NCBI RefSeq assembly: GCF_963506605.1 | Contig: NC_083278.1 | Span: forward strand, 73,408,001 to 73,472,000 | Direction: 5' to 3' | Source of the DNA: Zootoca vivipara | Lineage: Eukaryota | Length of the DNA: 64,000 bases | Shown here: one piece after another, positions 62,287 to 64,000 of the stretch | Position numbering within the stretch: the stretch's first letter is position 1 | How the letters are laid out: the number at the start of each line of letters is the position of its first letter | Notes under the pieces: model-generated | What the model was told of the DNA's origin: nothing | The model's input: only the letters and a program-made list of their open reading frames with translations | Databases searched by the model: none | Made by a program: the position numbers and the translations under genes

Positions 62287-62949
62287 TGTTCCTGCAAACT
62301 GCTTAGGGAGCTTTGCCAAAAAATGTTTAGCAACATATATGTTTTCCAAATAAATTAATAAATTAAGCAACATGCTACTACTAGATCACATGGTGGTAAC
62401 ACAGAGATATAGAATCTGAAATCTCCAACCTGCAGATAATATTTGCATGCATTTTTTTTCTGTCCACTTCAGACACAGTATGTTTGATTTCATAGGTGCT
62501 AAGGAGGTACCTTCCGTGACTTAGATCCAATGTCTGCAGCATTCCGCCAGGTACAACTCATATCCATTAGTCGCATGGCAGGCGGCTCCCCCTCCCTTTT
62601 CTCTTGACCACTTGCTGATTGCCTGTGGTTGACTCCCTGCTGTATCTCCCATCTGCCAGCTGCCTTCTGTTGCCCTTTGTTGCCTAGTCCACTATTTTGC
62701 ATGGAAGAGCAGAACACTCTCGGAGATCTCATTGGTACTGACTCTTCCCTCAATGGATTCAATAACTGAGACATCTTCTGCATAAGCAACAATCTCACCA
62801 ACAGGGTTTCTCACACAAAACAGGAGAACCCAATAAGAAAGGGTGTGTGTGGAACATATTTTTTTTAAACCAACTTGTCTATAACAATTTGGAGGGAAGG
62901 AACAAGAAATTGAGGCCATAACTATTTCACTTCAACATGTTTTGAATTA

Positions 62950-63137
62950 CAGTGGTACCTCGGTTTATGAACACAATTGGTTCCGGAAGTCTGTTCATAA
63001 ACTGAAGCGTTCATAAACTGAAGCGAACTTTCCCATTGAAAGTAATGGAAAGTGAATTAATCCATTCCAGATGGGACCGCAGCGTTCATAAACTGAAAAT
63101 TCGTAAACTGAGGTGTTCATAAACTGAGGTTCCACTG
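62950..63137. mobile_element. Tc1/mariner (Tigger/pogo-like) MITE
   Basis: TA|CAGTGGTACCTCGGTTTATGAAC ... GTTCATAAACTGAGGTTCCACTG|TA. Confidence 0.9.
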
Positions 63138-63224
63138 TAATACTGTAAGGGGGTTCTTAAAAAATAGATGTGTTCCTATAAGGAAGCTGGGGTGGGGGGA
63201 GGGTTGTAAACATTTTAAGTTCAG

Positions 63225-63430
63225 AATAAAAGAAGAGCCCTGCTGGATTGGACCCCAAAGCCAGTATCTAGTCCAATATTCTGTTTCCCTCAGTGGCCAA
63301 TCAGATGTCGCTAGAAAGCCCACAAACAGTAAAGGAGAAAAATAGCATTCTCCCACTGCTGTTCCCTAGCAACAAGTAATTCAGAGGCATAGTGTCTCTG
63401 ATTTTGGAGGAAGTACAGAGCCACTGATAG
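63225..63430 (-). mobile_element. Old CR1 3'UTR remnant
   Basis: aagaagagccctgctggat...atctagtccaatattctgtttcc...gtggccaatcagatg is a typical sauropsid CR1 tail (from memory). Confidence 0.6.
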
Positions 63431-63628
63431 GTTTTCCCTATTATTAAGACCTTAAGTTTCCATCAATAAGACCCGAAGTGATTTTCAAGTGGTTTGTGAG
63501 AAGGAAAGTTTGTGAATGACTCTGTTAGATTATAGTTGAAAATCCAAAGATATTGTGCCCCCTTACATTTTTATTATAGCACAAACTTTTGTGGAACAGA
63601 GTCTACTTCACCAGACACAGCAAATCAG

Positions 63629-63629
<1 letters not shown>

Positions 63630-63677
<48 letters not shown>

Positions 63678-63763
63678 TATTTATACCCCGCCCATCTGGC
63701 TGGGTTCCCCAGCCACTCTGGGCAGCTTCCAACAGAAATATTAAAATACAATAATAGATTAAA
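63630..63763 (-). mobile_element. L2 extreme 3' fragment with long (ATT)n tail
   Basis: (AAT)n at about 63632-63677, followed by tttataccccgcccatctggctgggttccccagccac, the same family as 51978-52945. Confidence 0.88.
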
Positions 63764-64000
63764 AGTATAGTGTCAATCATAGATTTTAGAGGGCAGGTAT
63801 GAAACCCAGAATATGTAACAAAGTAGCTCTGTAAAATAACATCAAAAGCACCAAATGTATAATAGCACATTCACAGCCGCTGCTACCCACTTCTCTGTAG
63901 CTTGTTCTTCATGCCTTGGAATGGGATGGAACCATTTAAGGCTGCTGAGAGTTGTTAGGAGACCCCTATTGGCCTCACAGAGCAACAATTTCCAGAGTTC

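Overview
This is vertebrate genomic DNA from a squamate reptile, most likely a lacertid lizard, judging by the Sauria SINE, BovB, Penelope-like and hAT repeats. It holds the last four coding exons of DISC1 on the + strand, equivalent to human exons 10-13: 8055-8115, 20552-20822, 38048-38165 and 46277-46425. They splice in frame into the conserved DISC1 C-terminal region. The last intron (38166-46276) is a minor-spliceosome (U12-type) AT-AC intron with a consensus donor and branch site. The rest is intronic, 3'UTR or intergenic sequence rich in transposable elements, many delimited by their target-site duplications (TSDs). Most ORF-track entries are chance ORFs or TE fragments. I see no new multi-gene system. 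The best leads are the splicing architecture at the DISC1 3' end, loss of two human functional serines, hammerhead-bearing Penelope inserts, and a complete 1.8-kb non-autonomous L1-like element. Comparisons with human DISC1 and TE family names are from memory and need database confirmation.
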